The notes beneath the pieces were generated by a model. The model saw only the letters and a program-made list of their open reading frames with translations. It was not told where the DNA came from and made no database searches. Position numbers and translations under genes: made by a program. Source: Syntrophorhabdaceae bacterium (GTDB lineage: Bacteria > Desulfobacterota > Syntrophorhabdia > Syntrophorhabdales > Syntrophorhabdaceae). From it: DNA of 64,000 bases. Positions 28,646-38,495 of the stretch are shown here, one piece after another. Position 1 is the stretch's first letter. Each line of letters opens with the position of its first letter. The stretch lies in the NCBI GenBank assembly GCA_963665295.1, contig OY762209.1, forward strand, positions 3,904,001 through 3,968,000. The letters are read 5' to 3'.

Positions 28646-29394
28646 TGGGCCGCCATCTGCGTCTGGATGCTTACGGGGTAGGCCGTCTCCCCACCCTGGC
28701 CGTCGGATACCTTTACTGTAACGGTAAATTTACCCTGGGTCCGGCCATCGACCGTCCACTCTACGAGCCCGCTCTTAGGGTTGATTGTCATCCCTTTAGG
28801 GGGGTCCGCAAGGGAATAGGTCATCGCGTCGCCGTCGGGGTCGGCTGCAATAACCTGATAGGTGAGATGTGTATCATCGGTCTTGATGTTTTTGACCTCG
28901 AGAACCTTTGGAGCCGAGTTCCTTATCTCTGTAGTAAGTACCTTCGCGCGACCGCGCCTCTCACCGTCAACAGGGGTAATTTTCACCCCCATCTTATCGC
29001 CCCTCTTGAAGCCGGTTACACTCCTTTCGCGTCCCGCGGGCCTGCCGTTGTTGGTCCAGTCATATTCATAATGAACCGCCTCCGGTCCCGCCACTTTGTC
29101 CAGCACTACAACGCCGATCTCGTCGTTTCCATCTTTCGATTCGAGCACCATCCGCACATTCCTCACGCCTTCCGCAAGAATCCTGTCCCTGTCGGCCTTT
29201 ATCTGATTTCCTTCCGGCAGGGTCGTGTGACTATTCACGTACTCAACGCCCGTTGGCCCGCCCGACTGTTCGGCCCTTTCCGTGTTTTTTGTACACCCGT
29301 TGCAGAGGAGAAGCAAGAGGATAATCGACGCGACCAAGATTGATGCAGGTACCCTGCGCTCCGCATTATCCGGCCTATGAGGTATTCTTTTCAT
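28642..29394 (-). CDS. Putative Ig-domain lipoprotein of pilus cluster
   Basis: LLCNGC lipobox; AADPDGD, PKGMTINPKSG, VSDG (He_PIG/cadherin-like). Confidence 0.75.
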   Translation of the reverse strand: MKRIPHRPDNAERRVPASILVASIILLLLLCNGCTKNTERAEQSGGPTGVEYVNSHTTLPEGNQIKADRDRILAEGVRNVRMVLESKDGNDEIGVVVLDKVAGPEAVHYEYDWTNNGRPAGRERSVTGFKRGDKMGVKITPVDGERRGRAKVLTTEIRNSAPKVLEVKNIKTDDTHLTYQVIAADPDGDAMTYSLADPPKGMTINPKSGLVEWTVDGRTQGKFTVTVKVSDGQGGETAYPVSIQTQMAAQ

Positions 29395-29395
29395 T

Positions 29396-30013
29396 TCAAT
29401 ATGCATAGAGGAGTGAGAAAGCCGCCTTTTCCTGAGGATTGCTCTGCCTTTCTCCCTGTATTTCCACGCGATACATATAGGGGAAATGCTGCACAGTGAT
29501 CATGCCCGTCTGAGTCTCAGCCGTTCCCTGGCCTTCGAGGAGGACCCCGCTCGTATCGGAATTGCCGTTCACCGTATCAACTATCTTCGTATACACGCTG
29601 AAAGGCTGGGCGCTCCCCACCCCCGACAGGGTAAATACTACGTCAGGGTTCGTCTTCGCGCTTAAGGTATTGTCGCAACCGGTGGGCCAATTTGCTGTGG
29701 CGCGCATGATCTTGCCGCTGAAGCAGGTATCCGTGGCGACGGCCTGAACCTGAGCCGCGCTGATGGAGGAAAACCCTCCCACAATACTGCTCAACGTTGT
29801 GTTTGTAATGGCAAGAGGAATGACTTCCTTTGTAAAGACGTCTATTCCCCCGAGAGATGCTTCGCGGGCAGTCTGGTACCTCTTCTCAAGTCCCGACACT
29901 TCTACGCCTCTCGTGAGAAAATAATACACCGCTCCGACCATAAATGACGCTACTACAATCATGGCCATTACTACAATCAATGCGGCTCCGGTTTTTCGTG
30001 ATGGTAAGTTCGT
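29396..30013 (-). CDS. pilX: Minor pilin PilX-like (predicted ACG start)
   Basis: RKTG|AALIVVMAMIVV class III signal lacking Glu5; AAGGAG 6 nt before ACG at 30013. Confidence 0.75.
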   Translation of the reverse strand, partial: TNLPSRKTGAALIVVMAMIVVASFMVGAVYYFLTRGVEVSGLEKRYQTAREASLGGIDVFTKEVIPLAITNTTLSSIVGGFSSISAAQVQAVATDTCFSGKIMRATANWPTGCDNTLSAKTNPDVVFTLSGVGSAQPFSVYTKIVDTVNGNSDTSGVLLEGQGTAETQTGMITVQHFPYMYRVEIQGERQSNPQEKAAFSLLYAY

Positions 30014-30025
30014 GTTCCACTCCTT

Positions 30026-31159
30026 TTAGTTTAAAACGTTTTTCGGCCTTATTACCATGGTATCAACCTTCCAACGGTAATGCTGCCATCCGGTCCCCAC
30101 CAGGGCGGACAGGTCCACGTCACGGCCGAGACCGAGCGCGGCTTCACCCACGCGAACAGTGCCGTTGGTATAGGTGAATGAAGGGAGCGACCCGCCTTCG
30201 TGGCTCAGGAGATAAACCCTGACCTCCCGCACCTGTTGCCTTATCTGCGCCGCAGTGAGGGTCGATATGTCGTTGACCCTCGAGTCGATGCCTCCGTCGC
30301 TGTTCGTATCGAGGCCGAAAGCCACCTGCATATCGGCCACGCAGTCTATAACGGGAAGCGCATTCGACAGGCCGCCATTCGACTGGCTTACAAGGGCTTT
30401 GTAGAGTATGCCCGTTCCCGGGGCGCAACCCTCGGGCATGGGGTCAGGCCGCGCGATATAGTAATCCGCCCTGTTAAAGGGCATGCGCAGGTCCGTATCC
30501 AGACTTACACCGTAAACCAGGTATGACTCGGACACCGTCACAGGACGAAAACTGCTCGCAATGGTCGCGCTGGAGTCCGAAACTGTCGCAAAGAAAGTGC
30601 CCCCGTTCATTCTCAATTGCTTGTCGAGTCCCCCGGAAGCGTTGGGCCACACGACCACCACGCGTTCATTGGTGGTAAAGTCGCCCGCCGTTCCCCACGT
30701 GCGCGCAGTTGTACTGCCGAACATTATGTAGGTCCACTTCTGTGATGTGACATTCGTTCCCACCACAGTGCTTTTTATCACCAGGTAATCCGAGTTCCCG
30801 TACCCTGCATTGTTTCCGCTCATGATGGCCCGCGGTGCGGCGGACGGGGAGTCATTGTACGCAGCCGGGTTTGGGACGCGTGAGGTGACGGAAGCCGCTT
30901 CACTGTAACTTATGGAGTTCTGAAACGACCAGGGCAGTCCGTAACCGGCGTGTTCGATATCACGTCTCAAAACCTGGAAGCCTACGATTCTGTCTATTTC
31001 GGAGCCCACAGCCTGGGTCTGTTGCCTCGACTGGGTCATTATTACCCCGAAAGTATCCGTATTCATGGTGAGGACTATCATGACCAGGGCCATCGTGATA
31101 AGGAGTTCGATGAGCGTTACCCCGTCCTGTTTCCCGAGAGGCGAAGCAATCCTTTTCAT
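30026..31159 (-). CDS. pilW: Minor pilin PilW
   Basis: KQDG|VTLIELL; LRRDIEHAGYG; DMQVAFGLDTNSDG. Confidence 0.85.
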   Translation of the reverse strand: MKRIASPLGKQDGVTLIELLITMALVMIVLTMNTDTFGVIMTQSRQQTQAVGSEIDRIVGFQVLRRDIEHAGYGLPWSFQNSISYSEAASVTSRVPNPAAYNDSPSAAPRAIMSGNNAGYGNSDYLVIKSTVVGTNVTSQKWTYIMFGSTTARTWGTAGDFTTNERVVVVWPNASGGLDKQLRMNGGTFFATVSDSSATIASSFRPVTVSESYLVYGVSLDTDLRMPFNRADYYIARPDPMPEGCAPGTGILYKALVSQSNGGLSNALPVIDCVADMQVAFGLDTNSDGGIDSRVNDISTLTAAQIRQQVREVRVYLLSHEGGSLPSFTYTNGTVRVGEAALGLGRDVDLSALVGTGWQHYRWKVDTMVIRPKNVLN

Positions 31160-31569
31160 GAGTCCACACTCACAATCGATGCGGTGGAGTGCTGGTGATT
31201 TCTGCCGTTCCAACTCCATCTTACCACTACCTGTATGGCGCGACTGTTACTCGCGGAAAGATTCTGCACATTCCACGTCACAAGAAAATCCACCGAAGTA
31301 TTCCGGAAACGTCGCGTGGCCGTTACCTGCGTGGTGGATGTGCTGCTCGTCAGGCCCGTAAACGCGGTGTTTCTCAAGGCGTTCATCTGTTGGTCGGCGA
31401 CTCTCACCGCTTCATCCAGCATCAGGTTATTCAGGTTGTGCCGGACGGCCATGGACAACGCCCAGAGGAGCGCCAGCATACTGATGAACAGTATGCCGAT
31501 TGCCACCATGACCTCTACGAGGGTGAACCCCCTATCTCTTCTTCCGGCAATTCGCACTGTTACACGCAC
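31156..31569 (-). CDS. pilV: Minor pilin PilV
   Basis: DRG|FTLVEVMVA; position in fimU-pilVWX. Confidence 0.8.
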   Translation of the reverse strand: MRVTVRIAGRRDRGFTLVEVMVAIGILFISMLALLWALSMAVRHNLNNLMLDEAVRVADQQMNALRNTAFTGLTSSTSTTQVTATRRFRNTSVDFLVTWNVQNLSASNSRAIQVVVRWSWNGRNHQHSTASIVSVDS

Positions 31570-32101
31570 CTCCCCGATCGACGAGTTTTCCCATGCTCAC
31601 TCTCGTGGAACCTATATCAAGACAGTCATATGAGGCGTCTACATCAGGGTTCGCGGCAAAATCAATGCAAATGGTTTCATCTTCACTCGCAAGCCCCCTC
31701 GAATCGAACCCGAATATGGCGCTTCCGCTCCATCTCACAGGGTAGGGAAAAGTCTTCACAGAGACAGATTGTGCATTAGGGCAAGCAGCATCGGATCCCT
31801 GGCCGGTCGGCCTGTCCCAGAGGCACTGTATCGTGTCCGATCCGGTGTTCAGGGCTCCGTCGCCGTTGGTATCTCCATACACTTTCATCTGGTTGGCGGC
31901 AAGTGAGACGAAATGAGACATATTTCTCGTCATGGCCATCAGCCGCACATTCATGAGATCAACGTGTGTTTTTTTGATCTCGTTCTCCATATCGTACTTT
32001 GCGCGCCACCCCACATAATTCACCGTCCCTATGGCCGCCACAATCCCGAGAATAATCATGGTCGTGAGCAACTCGAGCAAGGAAAAACCGTGATCTCTCA
32101 T
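31532..32101 (-). CDS. fimU: Minor pilin FimT/FimU (GspH-like)
   Basis: DHG|FSLLELL; FGFDSRG. Confidence 0.75.
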   Translation of the reverse strand: MRDHGFSLLELLTTMIILGIVAAIGTVNYVGWRAKYDMENEIKKTHVDLMNVRLMAMTRNMSHFVSLAANQMKVYGDTNGDGALNTGSDTIQCLWDRPTGQGSDAACPNAQSVSVKTFPYPVRWSGSAIFGFDSRGLASEDETICIDFAANPDVDASYDCLDIGSTRVSMGKLVDRGGACNSANCRKKR

Positions 32102-35100
32102 TTTTCTTGAATTTGCATTATCCTCCTTGTCGGTCTGGGCGCCATGAGAACCGATAGGCCCTGGCCTTTAGGGGGAACGCCCGAAATAGCGGCACTTCTT
32201 CTGTTTCCTTTTTCGGTGTAAATACTTGCCAGATTCACCTGCCTGATCTCACCCGTAGAGACCTGGAGTAAGGCTTTGCCGCCGGGCAGAGTCGGCGTGC
32301 CGCCGGAATCGTACTTCAGAGCCCACATGTAGGTGCTTCCTCCTAATGCGCACGCGTCGGCGGAAGGCGCGAAGGTCGTAAAGAACACGGTACCGCTGAA
32401 CACCGCGAGAGGATCGGTGATTACCCTTTCCGCGGTGACCCCGGAAGTCACATCGAGATTCACGAACCATCCCGCTGAGGATGCTGTAGTCGAAGCATCG
32501 CTCGTTTTATTGTCAAGGCTTCCGGTGACCGCAGAACTGCAGGTGGAGACCATGTGGTTCGCCGAAAAACACGTAGCCGGTTCTTTTACGCCGTAAAGCC
32601 TTCTCTGTCCGTCCTGATCGTCCAGTTCGGAGCCCCTCTTGTAAAAGAACCTCCCTGTCCCGAAGTAGAGCCAGAGGTTACCCGCCTTTCTGTCCTGAAG
32701 TTTGGTAACAGCGGTAGTGACCGGGCCCACCCCGTCGATGAGCGTGCTCACGCTCCACTGGCCCGGATCGGGGTTCTGCTTCGTCATTATCCTGAGCACG
32801 CCTCCATCGGTCCATGTTCCCGTGGTACAAGCCACAGACGGAGTCCCCGTCCCCGAACACTTCTTTGTGTATCCGAGATACATTACATCATCCTGATAGT
32901 TGCCTGTGGAAAAGAAATCGCCTCTCTCCACATCGAGGGTGGCATTATACAACGAGCCTCCGAAGGCGTTTGCGATTCCTGTATCCAGATAAGAGATGCT
33001 TGAAAATTCGTAAGCCCCGCCCGTCTTCAGATCGAGGACGAACAATTTGAGAGTCTGATTGGACCTGCCGAGAAACTCATGGTAGGTCGTGTCAATGGGG
33101 CCCGTGGGGCCTGACGCGAAAACGGCGTACCACTTCCCGTTCTTCTGGGGAGATCCGATCCTCACAATTGCCGGCCCCGAAGTGGCGAAGCCGAGAGCTT
33201 CGCTGGAAAATTCCCACAGCAGGACGGGATCGTCGGGATCGGTCACGTCGAAGGCAAAGTACGATGAAAGCCCCGCTCCGTTTACAGGGCTCTGAACACA
33301 ATCCGTATCGGCACAGGTGGTCGTCGATTTGCAGGCGCCCCCCAGTCCGCTTCCACCGATAAGTATCGTCCTCCACGAGCTTCCGTCAGAAGGCCTGTCG
33401 TCCGCCGAAACGTCTCCCGCCGCCTGGGTACCGACGCTCGCGTCGACGAGAAAGGTGGGCGCGTCTACATAATAGAGGTGGCAGTAGTTCGGGTCGGCGA
33501 GGTACTTCAAATACGGCAGGCTGCTCTTGGGAACATAGGCCCACATTTCTTTACCCAGGTCCGTGCCTGACAAATAGGCCTTTTCGGAGCTGGTCTGGCC
33601 GGTCCACTGTTCCTGGAGCGTCCCTATTTTGAAGGCGTGCAGCATGCCGTCGTTTCCGCCCACGTATGCCATCCCCCTGTTCCTGTAGGCGGTCTGGTTG
33701 ATAAACGTAAGATAACTGTTATCCTGATAACCGTTAGGGGGCGGCAGGTGATAGCTGTTCAGGGGCACCCGGGTTTGAGCGCGGGGCGTCGAGTCTATAA
33801 TGTCACCCAATTTCCAGACCCTTGAATTCGAGCCTATCGTTACGGTCCGGCTCCGGTATCCCGTCTGGTCCGTACCCGCCACATAATTCACCGTTTTCAC
33901 GGCGTCCGTAATCTTGTCGTCCTCGGTGGCGCCCGAAGCCTGAACATATGTCCTGAAGGTGCTCGATGTACTTGCCGTACTGGCCGAAAATTCGGTGAGG
34001 GTGCTCCCGTCCAGGGTGGTATAGATCGTCCTCGAATCGGTCCGGGACCAGAGGACATGCCCCGCTTCCCACAGGTTCTTGATCTCTTCAAGTTTGATGG
34101 TGTCTACCAGGGTGCCGTCCGTTGTCGTCCTGTTCGCTTTTACCTGATTGTCGTCGCTGTCAAAGAAGAAACTTATCGCATAATCGTTGGTGAGGTTGAG
34201 CTTCTGGTCCTGGACCGTGTCTTCCCGTATGGAGCTGTTCTGAAGGAAAGGATCAACGTAGTACCACAGGTTTTGAATCTCTCCCGTCCAAACGATATCC
34301 TTTGTTCCGATCGTTCTTTTTGGATAGAAGATCGCCTGCAGGACGTTCGCCCCGCTCCCTTCGCTGGACGCGAGCACGGATGCCGCCGTACCCGAAGTCA
34401 CCCGCCCCACCATGTCCGCCAGGGCGTTCGAGACAGCCGCTTCAAGCTGCGAGCCATCGTCGGCTTCAAAGAAATTGTAGGGCAGGCCTGTATGATTCGG
34501 GTCCCACTTCCTGCAACCGTCATTGTATGTGCCCGACGGGTTGCACTGCGGTAAGGGATAGCCTGAGGCGCCGTTAACCGCTCTGCTGTTGCACCACGTG
34601 TTTCCCGATACGTCCGTGATGTTCGATTTTTGCGAGTTGTCGTAGGTGGAACCGCAGTCGGCGGTCAAACCTGTGCTGAACCCCGTAAATGGGTATGGCC
34701 ATGTATCCGTCGAGGTGTAGTCGTAGCCTCCGAAAATTGCGGTGGTAATAAGGGCCGTCCTTCCCTGGGCCTTGACCGCGGGATCCAGGTCTCCGAAGGT
34801 AAAAATTGAGTAAATCGTCGCATACTGGTTGTTCGGAAGGGCCGTGTCGGACCTGAGATCTCCCCGGCGCATGCTTCTCGCGGCGATTACCGGGTCCACA
34901 TCACCGTTCCACGCACCGTCCGACAAAAGCAGGATAAACGATTTTCTGCACGATATACCGACTGAATTGGAGCCTACGCAATCGTAGTACGGGTCCTTTG
35001 CGCACGCTCCCTTGGAGATCGCGGCGGTGTTACTCGCATAGCTGTGATCGCTGCTCTGCCGGTAGAAATCATATATCTCCCACAGTGCTTCCCCCGTGGG

Positions 35101-35961
35101 CGTCCCGTTGTAGGGCAATGTGGTGTTGATGGCGCTCTTGAGGCTCGTTAAGGATGCACCCTTGATCCCTCCTGTGGGTATCACTCCCTTGTGGTCGGAA
35201 TTAAAGTACATAAACTCGAAGGAGACTTTGTTGTAGAAATCATCGATAATCCCCTTTATGGAAGCTGAGTCCTTCTGAACCTGTACCTCAGCACCCGTCA
35301 AAGTCCCCACGGTGCAGTTGGCGTAGCCTGTTATGTTCGCGATAGTGAGCCGCCGCGTGCCGGGGTTGGTCGAATCGCTCGGAGCAAACCTGAAAGAACA
35401 ATAAAGACCATTGGCCGCGTCAATATTGTTGTACTTTATGCTGGCCCCCTCACTGTCGAGATAGGTGCCGCTCCCGCTGCCGCCGGTCCTGCCTCCTGTC
35501 ATGGCCTTTCTTGCCACGTCTATCCTTGTTGCCGTCGCCCAATTCAGGAGGTTTCCCGATATGCAGCTCGACGCTCCTATCTTGTTGGTGTAGCTGCACG
35601 TGCTGTTCGGCACGAAATAGTCGTTCGTCGAGTCATATTGGTAGTAGAGTGAAGTGTCAAAATACCCGTAGTACGCGCTGGATGGGTTATAGTTCGCTCC
35701 CGTAATCGGGTTGGAGCCATCCCAGCAGACTCCCGTGCTGTTGGAATAGCCCTGCCAGTTGCAAGGCAGGTACGCGGGGAACTGCATGCTTCCCGAAAAA
35801 TCGACCACCACGGCGACGCTGGGCGTCACGGCGGTCATCACGAAGGGAGGGACACTACAGTAATCCGACATGGCTGCCCAAACGCGGTTCCATGACGGGT
35901 TAAGCACGAATGCAAAGAACAGTATCAAAACCGATATCCCCAGACGGGGCAAACCTCTCAT
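32098..35961 (-). CDS. pilY1: PilY1/PilC tip adhesin with vWA domain
   Basis: DFSGS MIDAS-like motif; LGDIIDSTP, YVGGNDGMLHAF, LYFGTGR, GWFVNL. Confidence 0.92.
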   Translation of the reverse strand: MRGLPRLGISVLILFFAFVLNPSWNRVWAAMSDYCSVPPFVMTAVTPSVAVVVDFSGSMQFPAYLPCNWQGYSNSTGVCWDGSNPITGANYNPSSAYYGYFDTSLYYQYDSTNDYFVPNSTCSYTNKIGASSCISGNLLNWATATRIDVARKAMTGGRTGGSGSGTYLDSEGASIKYNNIDAANGLYCSFRFAPSDSTNPGTRRLTIANITGYANCTVGTLTGAEVQVQKDSASIKGIIDDFYNKVSFEFMYFNSDHKGVIPTGGIKGASLTSLKSAINTTLPYNGTPTGEALWEIYDFYRQSSDHSYASNTAAISKGACAKDPYYDCVGSNSVGISCRKSFILLLSDGAWNGDVDPVIAARSMRRGDLRSDTALPNNQYATIYSIFTFGDLDPAVKAQGRTALITTAIFGGYDYTSTDTWPYPFTGFSTGLTADCGSTYDNSQKSNITDVSGNTWCNSRAVNGASGYPLPQCNPSGTYNDGCRKWDPNHTGLPYNFFEADDGSQLEAAVSNALADMVGRVTSGTAASVLASSEGSGANVLQAIFYPKRTIGTKDIVWTGEIQNLWYYVDPFLQNSSIREDTVQDQKLNLTNDYAISFFFDSDDNQVKANRTTTDGTLVDTIKLEEIKNLWEAGHVLWSRTDSRTIYTTLDGSTLTEFSASTASTSSTFRTYVQASGATEDDKITDAVKTVNYVAGTDQTGYRSRTVTIGSNSRVWKLGDIIDSTPRAQTRVPLNSYHLPPPNGYQDNSYLTFINQTAYRNRGMAYVGGNDGMLHAFKIGTLQEQWTGQTSSEKAYLSGTDLGKEMWAYVPKSSLPYLKYLADPNYCHLYYVDAPTFLVDASVGTQAAGDVSADDRPSDGSSWRTILIGGSGLGGACKSTTTCADTDCVQSPVNGAGLSSYFAFDVTDPDDPVLLWEFSSEALGFATSGPAIVRIGSPQKNGKWYAVFASGPTGPIDTTYHEFLGRSNQTLKLFVLDLKTGGAYEFSSISYLDTGIANAFGGSLYNATLDVERGDFFSTGNYQDDVMYLGYTKKCSGTGTPSVACTTGTWTDGGVLRIMTKQNPDPGQWSVSTLIDGVGPVTTAVTKLQDRKAGNLWLYFGTGRFFYKRGSELDDQDGQRRLYGVKEPATCFSANHMVSTCSSAVTGSLDNKTSDASTTASSAGWFVNLDVTSGVTAERVITDPLAVFSGTVFFTTFAPSADACALGGSTYMWALKYDSGGTPTLPGGKALLQVSTGEIRQVNLASIYTEKGNRRSAAISGVPPKGQGLSVLMAPRPTRRIMQIQEK

Positions 35962-36028
35962 CTTTCTATCCCCTTTTCCTGCTCCGTCAATTTCCCCTGC
36001 CGTGCGAGACCGTCTTACACGGCCACCT

Positions 36029-36826
36029 TCATCTGTGTTCCAAAAACCTCAGGAACCCGTTTATGAGATAGTCACCCATGTAGACATAAAGGAGAGCGCC
36101 GACGGAAAGGAAGGGACCGAAGGGTATGGCGTATTTGCCGCCCTCCCCTTTTGTGAACATCAGCGGTATACCTACCAGGGAGCCGAGCAGGGAGCCCGAC
36201 ATCAGGCTGAAGATGACGCCCTTTATGCCGCAGAACGAGCCTATCATGGCAAGGAGCTTGATGTCTCCCCCGCCCATTCCCTCTCTTTTTGTACAAAACT
36301 GGTATGACCATGCGATGGCGAAAAGGATTCCGCCGCCCAGTCCTATGCCGTAGAGCGCATCGAGAAAGCCGAATCTGGGGTCCAGGGTGTGGAAAAGCGG
36401 TCGCGCGAAGGAAAACAGGAAACCTGCTATCATGCCGCCGATGCTGAGGACATCGGGGATAATCTTGAAATCAAGGTCGATGAAGGATATGACGACCAGG
36501 GCCGACACGAATACGAGGTACACGAACAATTCGAAGGTAAGGCCGAAACTTCTGTAAAGAAGTACAAACAAAACAGCGGTTATCCCTTCGACGATCGGGT
36601 ATCTTACTGATATTCCCGCCCCGCAGTCCCTGCATTTCCCCCTAAGCAAAAGGTAGCTTACGAGGGGGATGTTGTCATAAAATCGTACCTGTTTTCCGCA
36701 ACTCGGGCATGAAGACGGTGGGCTGACGATCGATTTTTCCCTCGGGAGGCGATATATGCAGACATTGAGAAAACTGCCTATAATGCCGCCGAAAAGAAAG
36801 AAACACAATTCCCCCAATATCTTCAT
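36029..36826 (-). CDS. pilD: Prepilin peptidase/N-methyltransferase
   Basis: GSFLNVCIYRLP, two CxxC, ID..IPD, GMGGGDIKL, IPFGPFL. Confidence 0.96.
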   Translation of the reverse strand: MKILGELCFFLFGGIIGSFLNVCIYRLPREKSIVSPPSSCPSCGKQVRFYDNIPLVSYLLLRGKCRDCGAGISVRYPIVEGITAVLFVLLYRSFGLTFELFVYLVFVSALVVISFIDLDFKIIPDVLSIGGMIAGFLFSFARPLFHTLDPRFGFLDALYGIGLGGGILFAIAWSYQFCTKREGMGGGDIKLLAMIGSFCGIKGVIFSLMSGSLLGSLVGIPLMFTKGEGGKYAIPFGPFLSVGALLYVYMGDYLINGFLRFLEHR

Positions 36827-36946
36827 AACTCATCCCCCGCATCGCAGTCTTAGAAGCTTCATCAGTCAGTATACCATCAAATGCTGCCGCGAGTCTCTCT
36901 ATCAAGACGTGCCGTCCAACGTTTACCCTCCGTTCACGGGCCATTC

Positions 36947-36978
36947 AAAAAGATGGGGGGCAGCCAGTGCCCCCCATC
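36947..36978 (-). terminator. Intrinsic terminator after pilA
   Basis: 11-bp stem GATGGGGGGCA/TGCCCCCCATC, 5-nt loop, T5 on minus strand. Confidence 0.8.
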
Positions 36979-36994
36979 CCGTGTCTATACCAGG

Positions 36995-37426
36995 CTAGTT
37001 CTTCGGCATGTATGCGGCCGGCAAGGTGCCGCTCCATACCCATCTCTTAAAATCAGCGTCAGGGGTGAGAATTACCGTCCCTGTCGCATCTCCACCGATT
37101 GCGCTGTTGATAGTAGCCGTGACTACGCCGGCCGCGTCAACCCCGAGTGATGTGAGATACCTCGTGGGGACATCCACACCATAGACCGTCCGCACCGCAT
37201 CGGCCGAGGCTGCAGTCATGCCCGTCCCCACACCGCTCTCTGTGTAATAGGCCATTACGGCGGTTTTTACCGAACCCATGGAATGGATCACCTCCTGCAC
37301 CTTAGCCTTCCTCGTGTAGCCTGTGTAGGCGGGGATTGCGATAGCGGCGAGAATACCTATGATCGCAATCACGATGAGCAACTCGATGAGCGTGAAACCC
37401 TTTGTTCCTCTCTGAACCTTAATCAT
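36995..37426 (-). CDS. pilA: Major type IVa pilin
   Basis: [35 protein letters not shown]; own promoter and terminator. Confidence 0.93.
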   Translation of the reverse strand: MIKVQRGTKGFTLIELLIVIAIIGILAAIAIPAYTGYTRKAKVQEVIHSMGSVKTAVMAYYTESGVGTGMTAASADAVRTVYGVDVPTRYLTSLGVDAAGVVTATINSAIGGDATGTVILTPDADFKRWVWSGTLPAAYMPKN

Positions 37427-37471
37427 CGAACACCTCCAAAAAATAGTATTAAGACATGTGGTACAGTAATA

Positions 37472-37514
37472 GTTATAGTGGCAAGCCCTAATACTTTCAA
37501 TGACGTTTGTCACA
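37472..37514 (-). promoter_or_regulatory. pilA sigma70-like promoter with CRP/FNR-like box
   Basis: TGTGAC-AAAC-GTCATT (37514-37499) overlapping TTGAAA, N17, TATAAC. Confidence 0.65.
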
Positions 37515-37556
37515 CATTGGGTGTCCGGCGATCCGGCGCGCCGTATGAGGAGATTC

Positions 37557-38495
37557 TCAGGAAGCCGTCTTGAAACAGGCGACCTTATGCCCGGTCCCGC
37601 CCTCAAGGCCGGGAACTTCCACGGCGCACACCGTTCCCTTCATGTCACATCGGGGGTAGTACATGCAGCCTTTTGACGAATCAAACACTTCCTTTCCCGT
37701 GTTGCTGCAGTATTCCCCTTTTATGGAGTTTATGAGCATCCTCGTATAGGGGTGCAATGGCCTGTAAAATACCTCGTCCTTCGCGCCTGCCTCCACTATC
37801 TTTCCGCCGTACATTACAATAATCCTGTCCGAGATAAACCTCACTATATTGAGGTCATGGGAGACAAAGAGCATGGAAATGTTAAGCTTCTCCCGGATGT
37901 CTATGAAGAGGTTGACGATTTGGGCCTGGATCGATACGTCGAGGGAAGACACGGGCTCATCGGCAATGAGAAGCATGGGCCCGGTCGCGAGGGCCCTTCC
38001 GATGGCAACCCGCTGACGTTGCCCCCCGCTCATCTCATGGGGTAATTTGGAAAGGAAATCCTCGCCTAACCCGACACTTTCAAGGAGTTCGAGGACCTTC
38101 GCTTTCGCCGTTGCCCTGTTTGCCATCCCATGGAAGATAAGGGGCTCCGCCATAATATCGTAGACCTTCGTTCTCGGGTTAAGAGAGGAATAGGGATCCT
38201 GGAATATAATCTGCATGTCTCTGCGAAGGCCTTTCAGTTCCTTCCTTCCCAAGCTCATGAGGTCTTTTCCCAGGAAGGTTACCTTCCCCTCGTCCGGCAT
38301 TTCGAGGAGCAAAAGGCAGCGCGCCAGGGTGCTTTTGCCCGAACCGCTTTCTCCGACCACGCCAAGGGTCTGTCCCGCTTCCAGATCAAAAGACACGCCG
38401 TCGACCGCCTTGATTATCTCCTTGCGGTACGAAAAGGCCGTCCGTCGCACTTCATAGGTCTTTTTCAGTCCTGATACAGATAGCACCTTACCCAT
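37557..38495 (-). CDS. Oligo/dipeptide ABC ATPase (DppF/OppF-like)
   Basis: [32 protein letters not shown]-terminal Cys cluster. Confidence 0.9.
   Translation of the reverse strand: MGKVLSVSGLKKTYEVRRTAFSYRKEIIKAVDGVSFDLEAGQTLGVVGESGSGKSTLARCLLLLEMPDEGKVTFLGKDLMSLGRKELKGLRRDMQIIFQDPYSSLNPRTKVYDIMAEPLIFHGMANRATAKAKVLELLESVGLGEDFLSKLPHEMSGGQRQRVAIGRALATGPMLLIADEPVSSLDVSIQAQIVNLFIDIREKLNISMLFVSHDLNIVRFISDRIIVMYGGKIVEAGAKDEVFYRPLHPYTRMLINSIKGEYCSNTGKEVFDSSKGCMYYPRCDMKGTVCAVEVPGLEGGTGHKVACFKTAS

Noticed and set aside
29951..29979. Direct repeat TACTACAATCA x2
   Set aside because: Simply encodes repeated IVV in the PilX hydrophobic helix
30014..30028. pilW stop in frame with pilX (read-through fusion)
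   Set aside because: TAA is an efficient stop, pilX has its own SD, and a fusion would bury the prepilin signal
37430..37556. Sigma54 promoter or GEMM (c-di-GMP/cGAMP) riboswitch upstream of pilus genes
   Set aside because: No TGGCAC-N5-TTGC or GEMM consensus recognised; a sigma70-type promoter fits better
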